A stretch of DNA of 61,950 nt, filler included, from Basidioascus undulatus (GCA_000826855.1; 5 parts of 5 records of this genome joined end to end with filler, not necessarily neighbours in it), one strand, 5' to 3'; positions 1 to 12,424 are shown, counted from the first letter of the whole stretch. A program made the numbers and translations. The notes: a model not told the origin generated them from the sequence alone.

Positions 1-1820
1 GAAGGCACGCACCACCCGTCGTCCTCCTCGCCCTCCCTCTCCCTTCTCTCCCTCTCCCTCGCCCGCGCACGCTCCTTCTCCTTCTCCCTCCCCCTCCTCC
101 CGGCGGCCCCATCCACCGGCGCCCCCCTAGGCGCCGCAAGGCCCGGGACGTCATACACGCTCCTCTCCCACTCCTCCCTGTCCCTGCCCCTGTCCCTGCG
201 CTTCCGGCCCTCACCACCGCGAGGCGCAAAGGGCCCCGAGTCCGCAACGAGCTCGCTGAACGCGCTGTTCTCCACCAAGCGGATCGGACACCCGCGCGGG
301 AGCGGACAGTCGTCCCCCCAGTGGTCCCCTGCGCAGTTGTAGCAGAACCGGTCGTGCCGTGCTTGCTGCGCGGCTTTGAACTCGGGGTCCGAGGCGGACG
401 TGCCTGCCGGCGGCTCGGAGAGAAGCGCGAAGGCCGAGGAGGTGACGTAGGTGTATATGCGCCAGATCGTGGGGCAGTTCTAGGTGGGGGAGGGGATGAG
501 GAAGGGTGGGGCGAGGAGGGTGGGGAAGTGCGCACGGTTGTGGCATGCGTGCGCGCGCCGCACCGGTCGCAGTGCATCCGCGAGTAGTCGCGGTTTCGCG
601 GCTTGGGACAGTTCTAAAGCGTGACGGGAGTGTGATCTATGTGAGATCGGTAGTTGCACTGGGAATTCGGTCGGTTACACACCCTCGAAAAATGTCCGCG
701 TCCGCCACCTGCGAGAGGATTGGCGTCCACAAGTCAGATGGCATTCGACGTTTGTCGACATTGCAAGCATGTTGAGTGGGCAGTAGACGTACAGTTGTGG
801 CAGATGAGAGCAATCGGACACTCGCGCGTCGAGTGCTCGTCGACCGCGCCGCAGGTCAAGCACTGGAGCGTGCGAGACAAGAGTGAGCTTTCGGCTGTCC
901 TTGGGTAAAAGTGAAAGAAGACACACCACTATCCTGGAGCACTCCCTCGCCATGTGTCCGCGCTCCTTGCAGATGTTGCACATGACGTTGCTCGTAGGCT
1001 GTTCCTCCTCAAAGTACCTCGCCACGCCCTGTCCCACCCAACCCAAGTAAGCACCACAGCGCTAAAGGGAGAATTCGCGAGATTCACTGCGCACCTTCCT
1101 GGTATCCGCATCCAAGAACTCGATCCCCTCCATATCCAAATCCGCGCCGTTCTCCACACCCGCGCCCATCGCCTCGCCCAGCGCCGCGCCCGCGCCCGCC
1201 TCGCGGTGTCCGTCCGGGTGCGCGACAGCCTCGACGCCGCTCTTGGGGGGCGGGATGATCTGCGCGTCGCCGACGGTGACGTGATCCGGGAGGAGGAGCG
1301 CTGGCGTGGGCGGCGCGGCGGGCGTCGTGGGCTGGACGACGGTCGTCGGGAGCGCGGGCACGGAAGGGGTGGGATCCTCGATGAATGGCTCGGAGGGCTT
1401 CTCCGGGGCGGTGTCGACGAAGAAGAGCGCGTCGGCGTCGAGCGCGGGTGAGGGCTCGGGCGTCCGCGAGCGTGAGCGCTTGCGCTTCTTGCTGCCAGAG
1501 GAAGATCGGCGGCGGTCGGATGAGTCGTTGGTCTGGCATACCGTCCCGTTAATCTTGAGCTCCGCCTCTCGATTCCTTCACACTGTAGAAACACACACCT
1601 CTTCGATCTCGCCCTCCTCAAACTCCTTCTCAAGCTGCATCTTCCAGTCCTGTTCCTTCCCCTCCCCCTCCTTCCCTTCCTTGCCCTTCTCCTTGCCCTT
1701 GCCATTTCCTTTGCCCTTGCCCTTCACCGCCCCGCCGTTCTCGCTGGGCGTGCTCGCACCTGACCAGTCCGCGCGCTTCCTGGTCAAATAGCCGGGCTTG
1801 CTCTTCTTGGTGCGGGACAT
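1..1820 (-). CDS. AIR2: Air1/Air2-like zinc-knuckle RNA-binding subunit of TRAMP (spliced; 3' end runs off the window)
   Basis: Spliced translation gives five CCHC knuckles (CNICKERGHMAREC, CLTCGAVDEHSTREC, CHNCGGRGHFSRNC, CDRCGARTHATTNC, CYNCAGDHWGDDC) and the Air-type IWRxY motif (PTIWRIY) between knuckles 4 and 5; ATG at 1820 (MSRTKKSK). Confidence 0.85.
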
Positions 1821-2080
1821 TGCTTCCCGGCGACGGTGGTGAAATGCGTGTGAGAGAGAGTGAGTGTTTCGTACAAGTCCTGTGCGAACCAGCCCAGGCC
1901 AAGCAACCCAGGCTTGCGAAGAAGCTTTCAACGCGGACCATCCGCGGTTGGACTGGCCTGTCACGTCTGTCAGGTCCGGCATGTCACCAAACTTACGTCA
2001 TCCGAGCTTCCGCGTCCTGTCTCCATTTCCGCCCTCCTCCTCCTCCTCAACTCCCTCTCCCATCGACCATCACCCTCCCA

Positions 2081-3098
2081 ATGTCCAGTCCCCCACCCCA
2101 AAATCCGCCAACGTGCTCCCCGCCGCTCTCACCCCCCGCTGCCCGCGCCCGCGCCCTGGCAGCAGCCGAGGAGCGCGCGCGCGCGATGGCGTCCAGCGCA
2201 GGGCAGACTCTCTCAGGAGCGGGAGCGGGAGCGGCGACAGTGCAGGCTGATCCGCTGCCTTTTCATCGGATCATCAATACGCAGCTGACGGGGAGGAATG
2301 GCTATGTGGTGGTGCGTCCTCGTTTCCGTTTCCCGTGGAGCTCTGGCGGACTGTTTTGCTGACATGTGCGGAGGGATGGAAGGCGCACGAAGCGATGAAG
2401 GTCCGCTCTATCTTTTCCGCTTGGGACGAAGGAGAAGGTTAGGAAGCTGAAGGGAAGTATGGACGGGCGGACAGACCCTCCTCCAAATTGCGGAAAACAT
2501 CCTCGCCCACCCGAGCGAGGCAAAGTACAAGTCCGTCAAGCTCTCAAACCCGACGATCAAGAAGAAGATCCTCGAGCCCGAGGGCGCGGTCGACTACCTC
2601 GTCCTCGTACGCTACCCGCTTCTCTCTCTCTCCATCTAGCGCTGATGGGGCGTGTGTTTCTGGGCGGGAATCAGATGGGCTTCCGTCGCGGCGTGCAAGC
2701 CTTCGTCGAGACGTATTTGTTCCCGACATCGCCCTCTCCAACCTCGCTCTCCTCTGTCCGCTCCCTCCCCTTCTCCCTCATCCCAATCCTCATAACCTTT
2801 TCTTTTTTCCGCCTTCACGCAACAGCTCCGTACAGGCGCCTCCGTCCTCTCCCGCCACCTGACCGAAGTTGCCCAGCGGCGAGAGCGCGCAGACCGGATG
2901 GAGGTGGAGGAGCGCGAGGCGGAGGCGAGCCGCAAGGTGCGGGCGCTGCTTGCAGCGCGGGACGATCGGGATGCGGTGCGCGCTAGGGCGGAGAGGGAGG
3001 CGTGGGTGAATCGGGTGCGGGAGGAGAGGAGGGCGAGGGGGGAGGACGTGGATGCGGAGGTGCGGGTGGAGGAGGCGGGAGGAGGGGACTGTGAGTGA
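2081..3098 (+). CDS. Small PUB-domain protein (putative Cdc48/p97 cofactor) with charged coiled-coil tail
   Basis: Exons join to TLLQIAENILAHPSEAKYKSVKLSNPTIKKKILEPEGAVDYLVLMGFR, a typical PUB pattern; four GT-AG introns; stop at 3096-3098. Confidence 0.75.
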
Positions 3099-3405
3099 GG
3101 GAGGGGTGTGAGTGGTGTTGTATGATAGGTACCTAGGGGACGATGCGTGAGAGTTTGATGGATACCCTTGCTTGTTGTCTGGTCTAAGGCTGTCTGTCCG
3201 GGGTTGTATTGAGGCCCATCATGGAGAGCGCTCGGAAGTCGGGGGTGGTTTCTGCTGCGATTAATGCGAGTGATCACCAGGAACTTTACTCTTGGTTCGT
3301 AAGTGCTGCATCGCAGTGCACTTCAAGCCTCGACAAAGAATGCAAGGGAGAACAACAGCCATACATGAGCGCCTGTTCACTGCCTCACATGCTGCAATCG
3401 CCATC

Positions 3406-4460
3406 TCATTCCATCTTCTCCCCTCCCTCTTTCTCTCTTTTACTACCTCCTATCCCTCCCTCACCGCGCGCTACTCCTGCTCCTCCCCCACCACCTCCGC
3501 CCCGCCCGCGCCCGCGTCCGCGTCCCCGAAACCCGGACATCCCCCCACGCCCGCGCCGACCAAAGCTGACGGTGCTGGGCACCATGGACACCTTGAGGTT
3601 GTGCATCGCTTGTGCGAGGGCATCGTCCTCCTCCATCTTCCCCTCCTTCGCCTTCCGCTCTCTCTCTCCCTCTCCCTCTTCCTCCGGCGGTGGGGACGGC
3701 GACCGGGAAGATGGTGGTTCGTCGTCCTCGTCGGAAGAAGGTCGACCCTCCTCCCCCTCCCCCTCCCGGGCTTTGCGTCTCTCCCACTTCCCCCGATCGC
3801 GCAACAGCGACGCGCCCGGGCGGAGGGAGATTCCCCAGAGGGTGACGCCGAACGCGTACTCGGGCGGGAAGGCGTGCGCGTCGATGAGGTGCAGCCGCCG
3901 GGTCTTGGGCGTCCGGAAGACGCGCGTGCAGATGGGCGGGGGGAGGTGGCAGGCGTACTGGGCGAAGCGGGGGGGTTAGAGGGAGGGGATGGAAGGATGA
4001 TGGGAAGAGCGTGGGGAGAAGGATGGGACGGATGGAGATGGGGAAGGGACGCACAATTTTCTCCCCCCGCTCAGCGCAGACGAGTGCGAGCGGGTCGTGC
4101 ACTTCTGTTTGATGCTGTGTCCCCACCTCTAGATCAGACTGAAAGAACGAAAGAGATAAAGAGAAAGCGCAGACGCACCAAACACAACAACCATTCGCTC
4201 GGAAACACCTTCTTGCACCCCCTCTCCTGGCACACCCACGCATGGTACTTGGCGTGGTGGCTCTCGAGCTCAGCGGGGGAGTAGACGACCGTGGGCTTGT
4301 TCGCGCACGCGGGGGGGAGCGTGCAGGTCGCGAACGGCTGCCTCGGAGGCGGGGTGGGCAGGCGGAGGAGCTTGGCGGATCCTCCCTCGTCGGCAGCGGA
4401 TGAGGAGGGCGTGGGGGATGGGGAGCGCAGGCGTTTAAATGAAGAGGTCGGGGGTTCCAT
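3406..4460 (-). CDS. C2H2 zinc-finger protein, ZNF511-like
   Basis: Three fingers across exons (CTLPPAC..HHAKYH; CQERGCKKVF..HQTEVH; CHLPPPIC..RRLHLIDAHAFP) followed by an acidic tract and VPSTVSFGR plus an RG-rich tail. Confidence 0.7.
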
Positions 4461-4861
4461 CGGGAGTGTGTGGGGGGATCTTGAGATGTGTTTCAGGATT
4501 TGGTCGAGAAGCAAGGACGAAACGATCAAACAAAAGATCAAACGAGGCTGGGGCTCGAGAGCAAGGCAAGGCAGGCGACGCGCGCCGGACGGAGATCGTG
4601 CCACCTTCCCCTGCTGCCTCCCCTGACCCCGACCCCGGGCCAGCACATTCACCTTGTCTTCCCACCACACTCGCATACACCCACTCGCCTACAAGACCCA
4701 CCGCCTCCTCGTCGTACCCAACAGCGCATACAGCCTCTTTAAACGACAGAAGCTTATATCCCCCGGGCTCGGCGAGACAGTCAGCCTCACCGACATCCAC
4801 TCCGACCGACCCCCGTCCTTCCTTTCCCTTTCCCACCGCTTCGCGAGAGAGCTCAGACAGG

Positions 4862-7697
4862 ATGTCGTCGTGGAAGCTCGGCAAGAGTGAGTTTCTTGCT
4901 CTCTCACTTTTCTTGGGCGGTCTTCGCGCGCGTGAGATTGGGGTCGCTTGAGCGCGCACCACTGCTGGAACTGGACTGGGTTGCGCTCGCTGCGTACACC
5001 GCCGACGAGCACGCTTGCGGTTTCGAGCTCTTTGGGATCCCACAACGCGCAATCTTTGCTCCCTGATGTTCACCTCTGTGCACTCATCGCACCCTCGCTT
5101 TTCACCCCGCCCGGTCCTTCGCCCGCTTTCCCAGCGCCCGAGCGCGAGCTAAACGCGCCTTCGCACTCTTCCTTGCTTCTCACTGACCCACCTCTTCCGC
5201 CCTTCCACCCACCCAGAGCTGAAAGAAGCGAACCCGCTCTCCTCCAAGTCCTCCTCCTCCGGTCTCTCCTCCGCGCCCTCCCCCGGGCGTTCCACGACGC
5301 CCACGCCGGCCACCTACTCGGGCATCTCCACCTCGACGTCCTCGGGCGCGCCCGTCCCGCGCTCGGGGCTGCTAACGATCCGCGTCGTCGAGGCGCGCGC
5401 GCTCTCCCTCCCCGCGGGCGTGCCCCTCCCGCCCAACATCGACAAGGCCCTCCAGTCCCAGGCCGCCGCGCTCGCGGCCAGCGTGACGAGCACGTCCGTC
5501 GGCCAGAGCCAGCGCAATGGCGGGGCTGGGGGAAGAGGCATCAGGGACTCCATGCAGAGGAAACAGTGCTGGTGGCTGCCGTATATCGTGCTCGAATTCG
5601 ACAAGAACGAGATCTTGATTGATGCGCTCGGGGGGAAACTGGACGAGCCGGTGTGGATGTACAAGGCGCACTTGTCCGTCCTTCTCTCTCTCTCTCTCCC
5701 AGCTTCCTCTTCATCTGCCCTCTTCCCCGTTAACCGAGCGCTTCCCCACCCAGCGATGTCTCCCGCGCCTCCGAAATTTCCATCTCGACGTACCTTCGCA
5801 CGGGCGCGTCCACCTCGCCCGGCCAGCCCGCGGCGGGGCAGAACGACATGGGCAACTCGGACCTCTTCCTCGGCGCGGTCAAGTTCACGCCCGACTTCGA
5901 GTCTGGGCGCGCGATCGAGGACTGGTACACCATCGCCGGCGGCAGCGGCCAGGTCCACATCCAGGTGTCGTTCCAGCGGAAGGCGGTGCGTGCTTGTGGC
6001 TTAGCTTACGCTTGTAGAGAGGGAGGGGAGCTCGAGCTGATTCGTGCGCGGTTGGGGGAATAGAGCGTGGCGCTTACGATCGAGGACTTTGACCTCCTCA
6101 AGGTGATCGGCAAGGGGAGCTTCGGGAAGGTGTGTTCCCCCTTCCCCCTTCCTCCTTCGCCCGCCTCCCGCCCTGTCCCGTCTCAAGTACTGATTGTGAT
6201 TGGGGGCGGATCAGGTCATGCAAGTGCGCAAGCGCGACACGTCGCGGATCTACGCGCTCAAGACGATCCGCAAGGCGCACATCGTCAGCCGCTCCGAGGT
6301 TACGCACACGCTTGCGGAGCGCACCGTGCTGGCGCAGGTCAACAACCCGTTCATCGTCCCGTGCGTCGGTTCTCCCTCCTCTTCCCCTATTCCTCTATTC
6401 CCCTTTTCCCTCTTCCATCTTCACTCTTCCCTTTCCCCTTTTCTCTCTTCCGGGGATCGCTCGCCGAAACGAAGGAAGAACATTCTCTGACGGAACCGCG
6501 GCTGTGCAAACAGGCTTAAGTTCTCCTTCCAATCGACCGAAAAGCTCTACCTCGTCCTCGCCTTCGTCAATGGCGGCGAGCTCTTCCACCACCTCCAGCG
6601 CGAGGGCCGCTTCAACGAGGACCGCTCGCGCTTCTACGCGGCGGAGCTCCTCATCGCGCTCGAGCATTTGCACGGCTTCAACGTCGTCTACCGGTCCGTT
6701 GCGATCCTCCCCCTGCTCTTTTGCCAGTTCTTCTTGGACGAGCCACTGAGATTCGGTTGGGGTACCTCGCACGCAGCGACCTCAAGCCTGAAAACATCTT
6801 GCTCGATTACACCGGCCACATTGCGCTGTGCGATTTCGGTGCGTCTGCACGTGACCGAAGCGTAACAGGGACGGTTTTCTTACTTGCATCTCCCTGTGGA
6901 AGGCCTCTGCAAGCTCGACATGGGCGCCAACGACGTGACCAACACGTTCTGCGGCACCCCCGAATACCTCGCTCCCGTGCGTTGTTGCTCACTCCTCTCC
7001 CGCTGCGTTGGCAGTGGCTCATGTTTGTTCGACGCGCTGTGCAGGAGCTCCTCCTCAACAAGGGATACACCAAGTCCGTCGACTGGTGGACGCTCGGCGT
7101 GCTCCTCTACGAGATGCTTTCCGGGCTGCCGCCATTCTATGATGAGAACACGAACGAGATGTGGGTTGCCCTTTCCTCACCCAGTATCGCGTCGCAGTCT
7201 CGTTCCGTGCTTACGGGTTGCGCGTTTGCAGGTACCGCAAGATCCTCCAAGACCCGCTGCGCTTCGGGGACGAGTTCAGCCCTGACGCGAAGGACGTGCT
7301 GACGCGGCTGCTGCAGCGCGACCCGGCCCAGCGGCTGGGGACGAACGGCGCGCAGGAGATCAAGGACCACCCGTTCTTCTCTGCGCACCTCGACTGGAAG
7401 CGCCTCGTCGCAAAGAAGATCCAGCCGCCGTTCAAGCCCGCCGTCGCGAGCGCGATTGACACGTCCAACTTCGACGAGGAGTTCACGTCCGAGGCGCCCC
7501 AGGACTCGGTTGTCGACGACTCGCACTTGAGCGAGACGGTCCAGCAGCAGTTTGCGGGGTTCACTTATGTCGGGTGCGTGGTTCTGTTCGGCCTGTTTTT
7601 CTGCCGAGCGCGCTGCTGATTCTTGGAGCGGCACGCAAACAGCGACACGATGATGGGCGAGAGTGTCGGCTCGGCCGGCGGGCACATGCACGGCTAG
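4862..7697 (+). CDS. YPK1: AGC kinase Ypk1/Gad8 (C2-like domain plus kinase)
   Basis: MSSWKLGK start; [78 protein letters not shown] and hydrophobic motif [13 protein letters not shown] introns. Confidence 0.95.
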
Positions 7698-8701
7698 ACG
7701 GGCGCCCGGACGCTGCCCTCCCCACTCCACCCACCACTTCCTTGTCTCCTCTCGCGCTCTCCATCTCGTTCGTCCATCAGCAAGTCCGCGTTCCAGTTCC
7801 CAGTTCCCAGACCCACGACAGACACCTACATACGCAACCCATCGGCATACCCCCTTTCTTTTCTGTTCACGTATCGTCCTTACATTCTTTCTTTCGTGTC
7901 TCTTTTCCGTTTCTCTCCTTTGAGATGATCACCCACGCCTGCGCAGTTCGAGGCCTTCCCCCGTCTCTCCGTCCCCCCGTCGCACCTTCCTCCGAGAACT
8001 GTTGTCTGCAGTCCGGTCCGAATCCTCGAGTCCCGCGCGCTTAGGCTACAGTCGTTCGTTCAACACGCATCGGTTTCTTTTTCTCTTCCTTCTCGTCTGT
8101 TTGATGGGGTTCAAGAGCGGCCGGCTTGTGTGAGTGTGCGTGTCCAACCCAGGCGGGGAAGCGCGTGCACTGTGAACTGCATGCAGTTGACTGTCGTACG
8201 CACGGAGGCGAATCAGGTCAGGCCCTTAAGCATGTGGGCGTGGTCGAGGCGCTAGGAAGTTAGTGATGTGGCTGTTGCACCTCCACATCGGCGATCTGGT
8301 GCGCAGCGTCATCGGTATGGTCGAGGCAGCGTGAAAATACCACTTCGCGACCATCCTTGTGGTTCTTGGCATTCACCATACGCGAGCGTCGGAGATTCGT
8401 ACAGATGCCCGTTCGTCTCGTGCAAGTTGGGGGGGAAGGGAAGCGGTAAGCACTGGACGCAGGGCACAAGTCGTACCGGTATGCGGGAATCAGCACCAGT
8501 ATCAAGCTGCCTCGCTTCTCATAGGAAGCTGTATGTTATCGTGTGAGTGCGAGAAGAAGGCAACAGGCCGGCGGTCCATCGCAATCACCGAGACTCGCAT
8601 GCATGCGTGCGTCCCTGTAAGTGTACCTGCTTGCGCCATGCACGCACGTTCTATCACTGGACGCCATGTCACCCATTCGGGAATCCAGGGTCCCATGCGC
8701 C

Positions 8702-8707
8702 TATAAT
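8702..8707 (+). promoter_or_regulatory. TATA-like element upstream of the GH25 gene
   Basis: TATAAT 87 nt upstream of the ATG at 8789 in otherwise GC-rich DNA. Confidence 0.35.
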
Positions 8708-8788
8708 ACCGGCAGTCAGAAAGAGACGGTACAGACGGTCCTTTCACCGCCTTGTTTCTCAAACTACACCTCCTGGACAACAACCACC

Positions 8789-10168
8789 ATGCGCACTTTC
8801 ACCGTTGCCCTTGCCGCCCTCGCCGCTAGCACCGGCTTCGCAACCGCCTCGCCCGTCGCGCTCGAGAGCCGCGCCGTGCCGTCAGGCGTGCTCGGCGTGG
8901 ATGTATCTGGGCACAACTCGCCCAACTGGGACACGATCAAGTCGCAGGGCGGCAAGTGGGCGTACATCAAGGCTACTGAGGGGACTTGTGCGTAGGCATG
9001 TTTGGATTCGCTCGTAGGACGGCCTTGCTGACCTTTGAACTGGCTGGAAGCCTTCGTGAGAGCCGATGAGGTTGTGTGAGGTGCGAAGGCACTGCTGACA
9101 ACGGGGACTGGCAGAAATCCGACAAGTTCAGTGCGCAGTACACCGGGTCGTGTGAGCTTGGCAAACAGACAACTGCAAAGTATTGCTGCTGACTGAGTGG
9201 TTGTTGACCCTCTAGACAACGCCGGCCTCATGCGTGGCTCTTACCACTTCGCGCGAGTACCTCCTGCAGCCGGTGTAGGCAAAACCCGGGGTCGCTGACG
9301 CCGGACACCTGCCTTCGATTACAGCAACCCCAAGGACAGCTCAGGCTCGGCGCAGGCTAACTACTTTGTCAAGAACGGCGGGGGCTGGAGCAGTGCGTAG
9401 GACATTATCATTTGACTCAGGGGATACTCCAAACTCACAAGAGACTCCCAGAGGATGGCAAGACGCTCCCTGGCGTGCTCGACATCGAATACAACCCATA
9501 CTCCGGCAACAGCTGCTACGACCTCTCGCAGAGCGGGATGGTCAGCTGGATCAAGGTGCGATGGTCTTCCCTTCTGAGCCGCTAGTCCGGGGCTGGTATG
9601 GAGCTGAATCGTTTATGGTTTTCAGGACTTTACCTCGACCTACAAGTCGCTCACCGGCCGCGACGCCGTGATCTACACCACCACCGACTGGTGGACCACT
9701 TGCACTGGCAACAGCGAGTCGTTCAAAGACAGCAACCCGCTTTGGATCGCTCGTGTAGGTTTAAACCTGTTGTTTTCCAACTAGTTTTGGCTCACTGAAT
9801 GTTACTGGCAGTACTCCTCCTCTGTCGGCACCCTTCCCGGCGGCTGGCCGGCCTACACCTTGTCCGTGCTCTTCTTGACGTTTTCTGTGTCTGAATCAGT
9901 GGGCTTATCAAAGAGAGTCCATAATATTCAACAGCTGGCAGTACAGCGACGGAACGAAATAAGTCGTCCCACCGCTTGAGGCGCAGTGTCAGTTGGCTGA
10001 ACCAATCCGCAACACAGCAATGCTGTCGGGCCGTTCGGCCAGCTCGACTCGAACGTGTTCAACGGCAGCCAGGTAAACGTCACACAAAATTCCAATGGTC
10101 CTTGACATAGCCCTGACTCTTGAGGCACTTTGCAGGACCGTCTTCTGGCTCTCGCCAACGGCGCGTGA
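8789..10168 (+). CDS. Secreted GH25 N,O-diacetylmuramidase (Chalaropsis-type lysozyme), 11 exons, 246 aa if intron 9 is spliced
   Basis: Signal peptide [20 protein letters not shown] (catalytic Asp), [27 protein letters not shown] (DxE), [29 protein letters not shown]. Exons 8789-8987, 9051-9055, 9115-9151, 9216-9252, 9325-9392, 9452-9555, 9626-9754, 9812-9861, 9935-9958, 10018-10072, 10136-10168 sum to 741 nt. Confidence 0.93.
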
Positions 10169-12181
10169 GGCGACGCCCACCGCCAAGGTTACGCAGGTAC
10201 TTCTCGCTTTCCAGGATACGCTGGACTATAACAATGCCGAACGGGAGGGGTACTGTACAAATTTCCTATGCTTTCAGCGGAAGAGCTTCATACGTGCATT
10301 CGAAATACGTTCTCGGGGCAATCGATGATTGATAAACGGAACCGCCGGATTACTGAGCTTTCAAGGACTTTCGAATATATCGGAACATGATATGCCACCT
10401 CGAGCAGATGATGCCCAAACGGATATCCTAGCATATGTAAACGCCTAGTACTAAGTAACTGCTCGAATCAGACTCCTGCGCTGATCCTCACAGCTGGCAA
10501 TGCACAAGCGCTGACCCTGCACTGCGTCTCGCGCCGGTTCACTCAGGCTCTCCAGCAGCACGCACAGAAGTCCGCTTACGTATCTATTAGGTATTGCACA
10601 GTCATCATCGCATGTGTATGACCGACTCTGTATTCCAGGGGACTATCCCCACCGTGAAAACGAGCGACCGGCATTGAACGGTGATGGGTTGTAACGCTTG
10701 CACCCCCCATCATGACGGTCACCAAGTTACCAAGCATCACAGCGGCGGCTTCTTACCGCACTTGGAGCCCAGCTGCCTTTCCAGCTGAACCGGTTGAGCT
10801 CGTTCACGAGGGTCCACGATGGGTCTCGGCTTCTGAGCATCCTTCTCTGCGGCTTCCTGCCGCGGCCAACTCTCGGGCTCCTGATTCAATGACCGATATG
10901 CGCTTCATAGTTAGTTATACATCCTTTGCGGCCGCGCGAAGAGGAGGACGCAAATTGCTCACCTCGGCGCAATAAGCTCCCGCCGGCTCGATCACTCCGG
11001 GCAGTCTCCGGGCGGAGTTCCGCGGATTTTTTTTTGGGCAACCCCAGTGCACGTTGTCCATCTCCCGTCGGATGCTTTCGGTTGTGTGCGGGGCCATGCG
11101 CGGGGCCTCTGCGAAAGTTGAAACGTGAAACGTGGACTATGCTCCTGTTTGCGAGTGCATGTGTGAAGATTTTCATTTTGAAGCTATTGCGACTGCATGC
11201 TCACGATCGCGACCATTAATTGCTGCAATGGGGAGGAAGACTACATGCAATAAATTAATCCCGTTGTATACATGCGTTCATATGAACACGCCATGCACAT
11301 GTGCCTGTATCTGGGCCTACTCGCTCATGGTTCGCAAGGAAGCGCCGCATGAGCAGCACCGGCGCAAGACGGTGGTACTTCCCATGCGTCGTCGTTACTC
11401 AACGGCTCGATGTTCATGCTAACGAGTGGGCGCCGATCGTGACGGTGGAGCTCGCAGCTGTGTTGGTGGGGGCACTTGCATCCTCTGATATTTCATCTTT
11501 CCTTTTTCTACTCTCCATCGCAGGCAAAACGTACAGGAGGATTCTTGGAAGATTGAAATCTCGGACGCCGTCACGCCGTCTCAGTACGTGGCCTCAGTAT
11601 GTACCCTGCCCAAGTTATCGGGACAGCACATAGCCGGGGCGGCATCTACGTTTGTGCATGTGATCGGTTGCCGCTGTCAGCAGTCAGCCAGGGGCGCACG
11701 TGCCCGCCGGCACGAGCTCGGGGGGGAGCGTGTGCGCCATCAGGGGGGGGTGAGCGCTGAAGATAAAATTCTCGCTTAAAGACGCTTTTGATGAGACAGA
11801 CAAATAGCGGCTGTTTAATTGTGGTGTAGCTGTTGAGGCCAAGCGGAAACGCAGAACCGAGGGAGGAAAGGAGGAAAGGAAATGCGGGGCAAACGACGGC
11901 GCTCCGCGTGAGCACAACGCCACAACTCTATTGCGCTTGGGCTGCGCTGTGTGCTCTCGACCATCGCTCTGCTCTCTTGTGCTCTCCCTCCACCACTGCA
12001 CCAGCCGCCCAAGCAGGCAGTCCCCCCACCTCCCGACCCCTTTTCCTTTTTTCCATCATCAATCGCTAGTCTTGAAACGAATCCTGCAATAGGATCTTGG
12101 CTTTTGCGCAGGTCCTTCCTCTGTCTTCCTTTCTCTCTCCGTCATCTTCACCCCGACCGCGGTCCAACGCAATCACCGCTC

Positions 12182-12324
12182 ATGCAACAGTCGACACCCT
12201 CAGCCTCGCCTCGACGGGGAGACAGCTCCTCCTCGGTCTCGCGTGCTCCATCGCCCATTCTCCCCTCCCCGTTCTACGCCCAGCACCACCGCTCAAGTTT
12301 CCCCCGCACTGCATCTCCCTTCTT
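12182..12324 (+). CDS. 5' fragment of an unidentified Ser/Pro-rich protein, cut by the contig end
   Basis: ATG after a CT-rich leader; open frame MQQSTPSASPRRGDSSSS... up to the linker; no recognisable domain. Confidence 0.35.
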
Positions 12325-12424
12325 NNNNNNNNNNNNNNNNNNNNNNNNNNNNNNNNNNNNNNNNNNNNTTAATTAATTAANNNNNNNNNNNNNNNNNNNN
12401 NNNNNNNNNNNNNNNNNNNNNNNN
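12325..12424. other. Artificial contig linker
   Basis: 44 N + TTAATTAATTAA + 44 N; gives stops in all six frames. Confidence 0.99.

Noticed and set aside
9959..10017. AT-AC (minor-type) intron
   Set aside because: Neither nearby AC acceptor restores the frame, and the donor lacks the U12 ATATCC consensus.
8789..10168. Bacterial contamination as the source of the lysozyme
   Set aside because: Ten spliceosomal introns and same contig as YPK1.
10169..12100. Hidden gene or element in the spacer after the GH25 gene
   Set aside because: Only short unbiased ORFs, homopolymer runs and a CATG/TGCA-rich patch; no termini or motifs I can support.
12369..12380. TTAATTAATTAA palindrome as a biological site
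   Set aside because: Identical, N-flanked and repeated four times: an assembly spacer.
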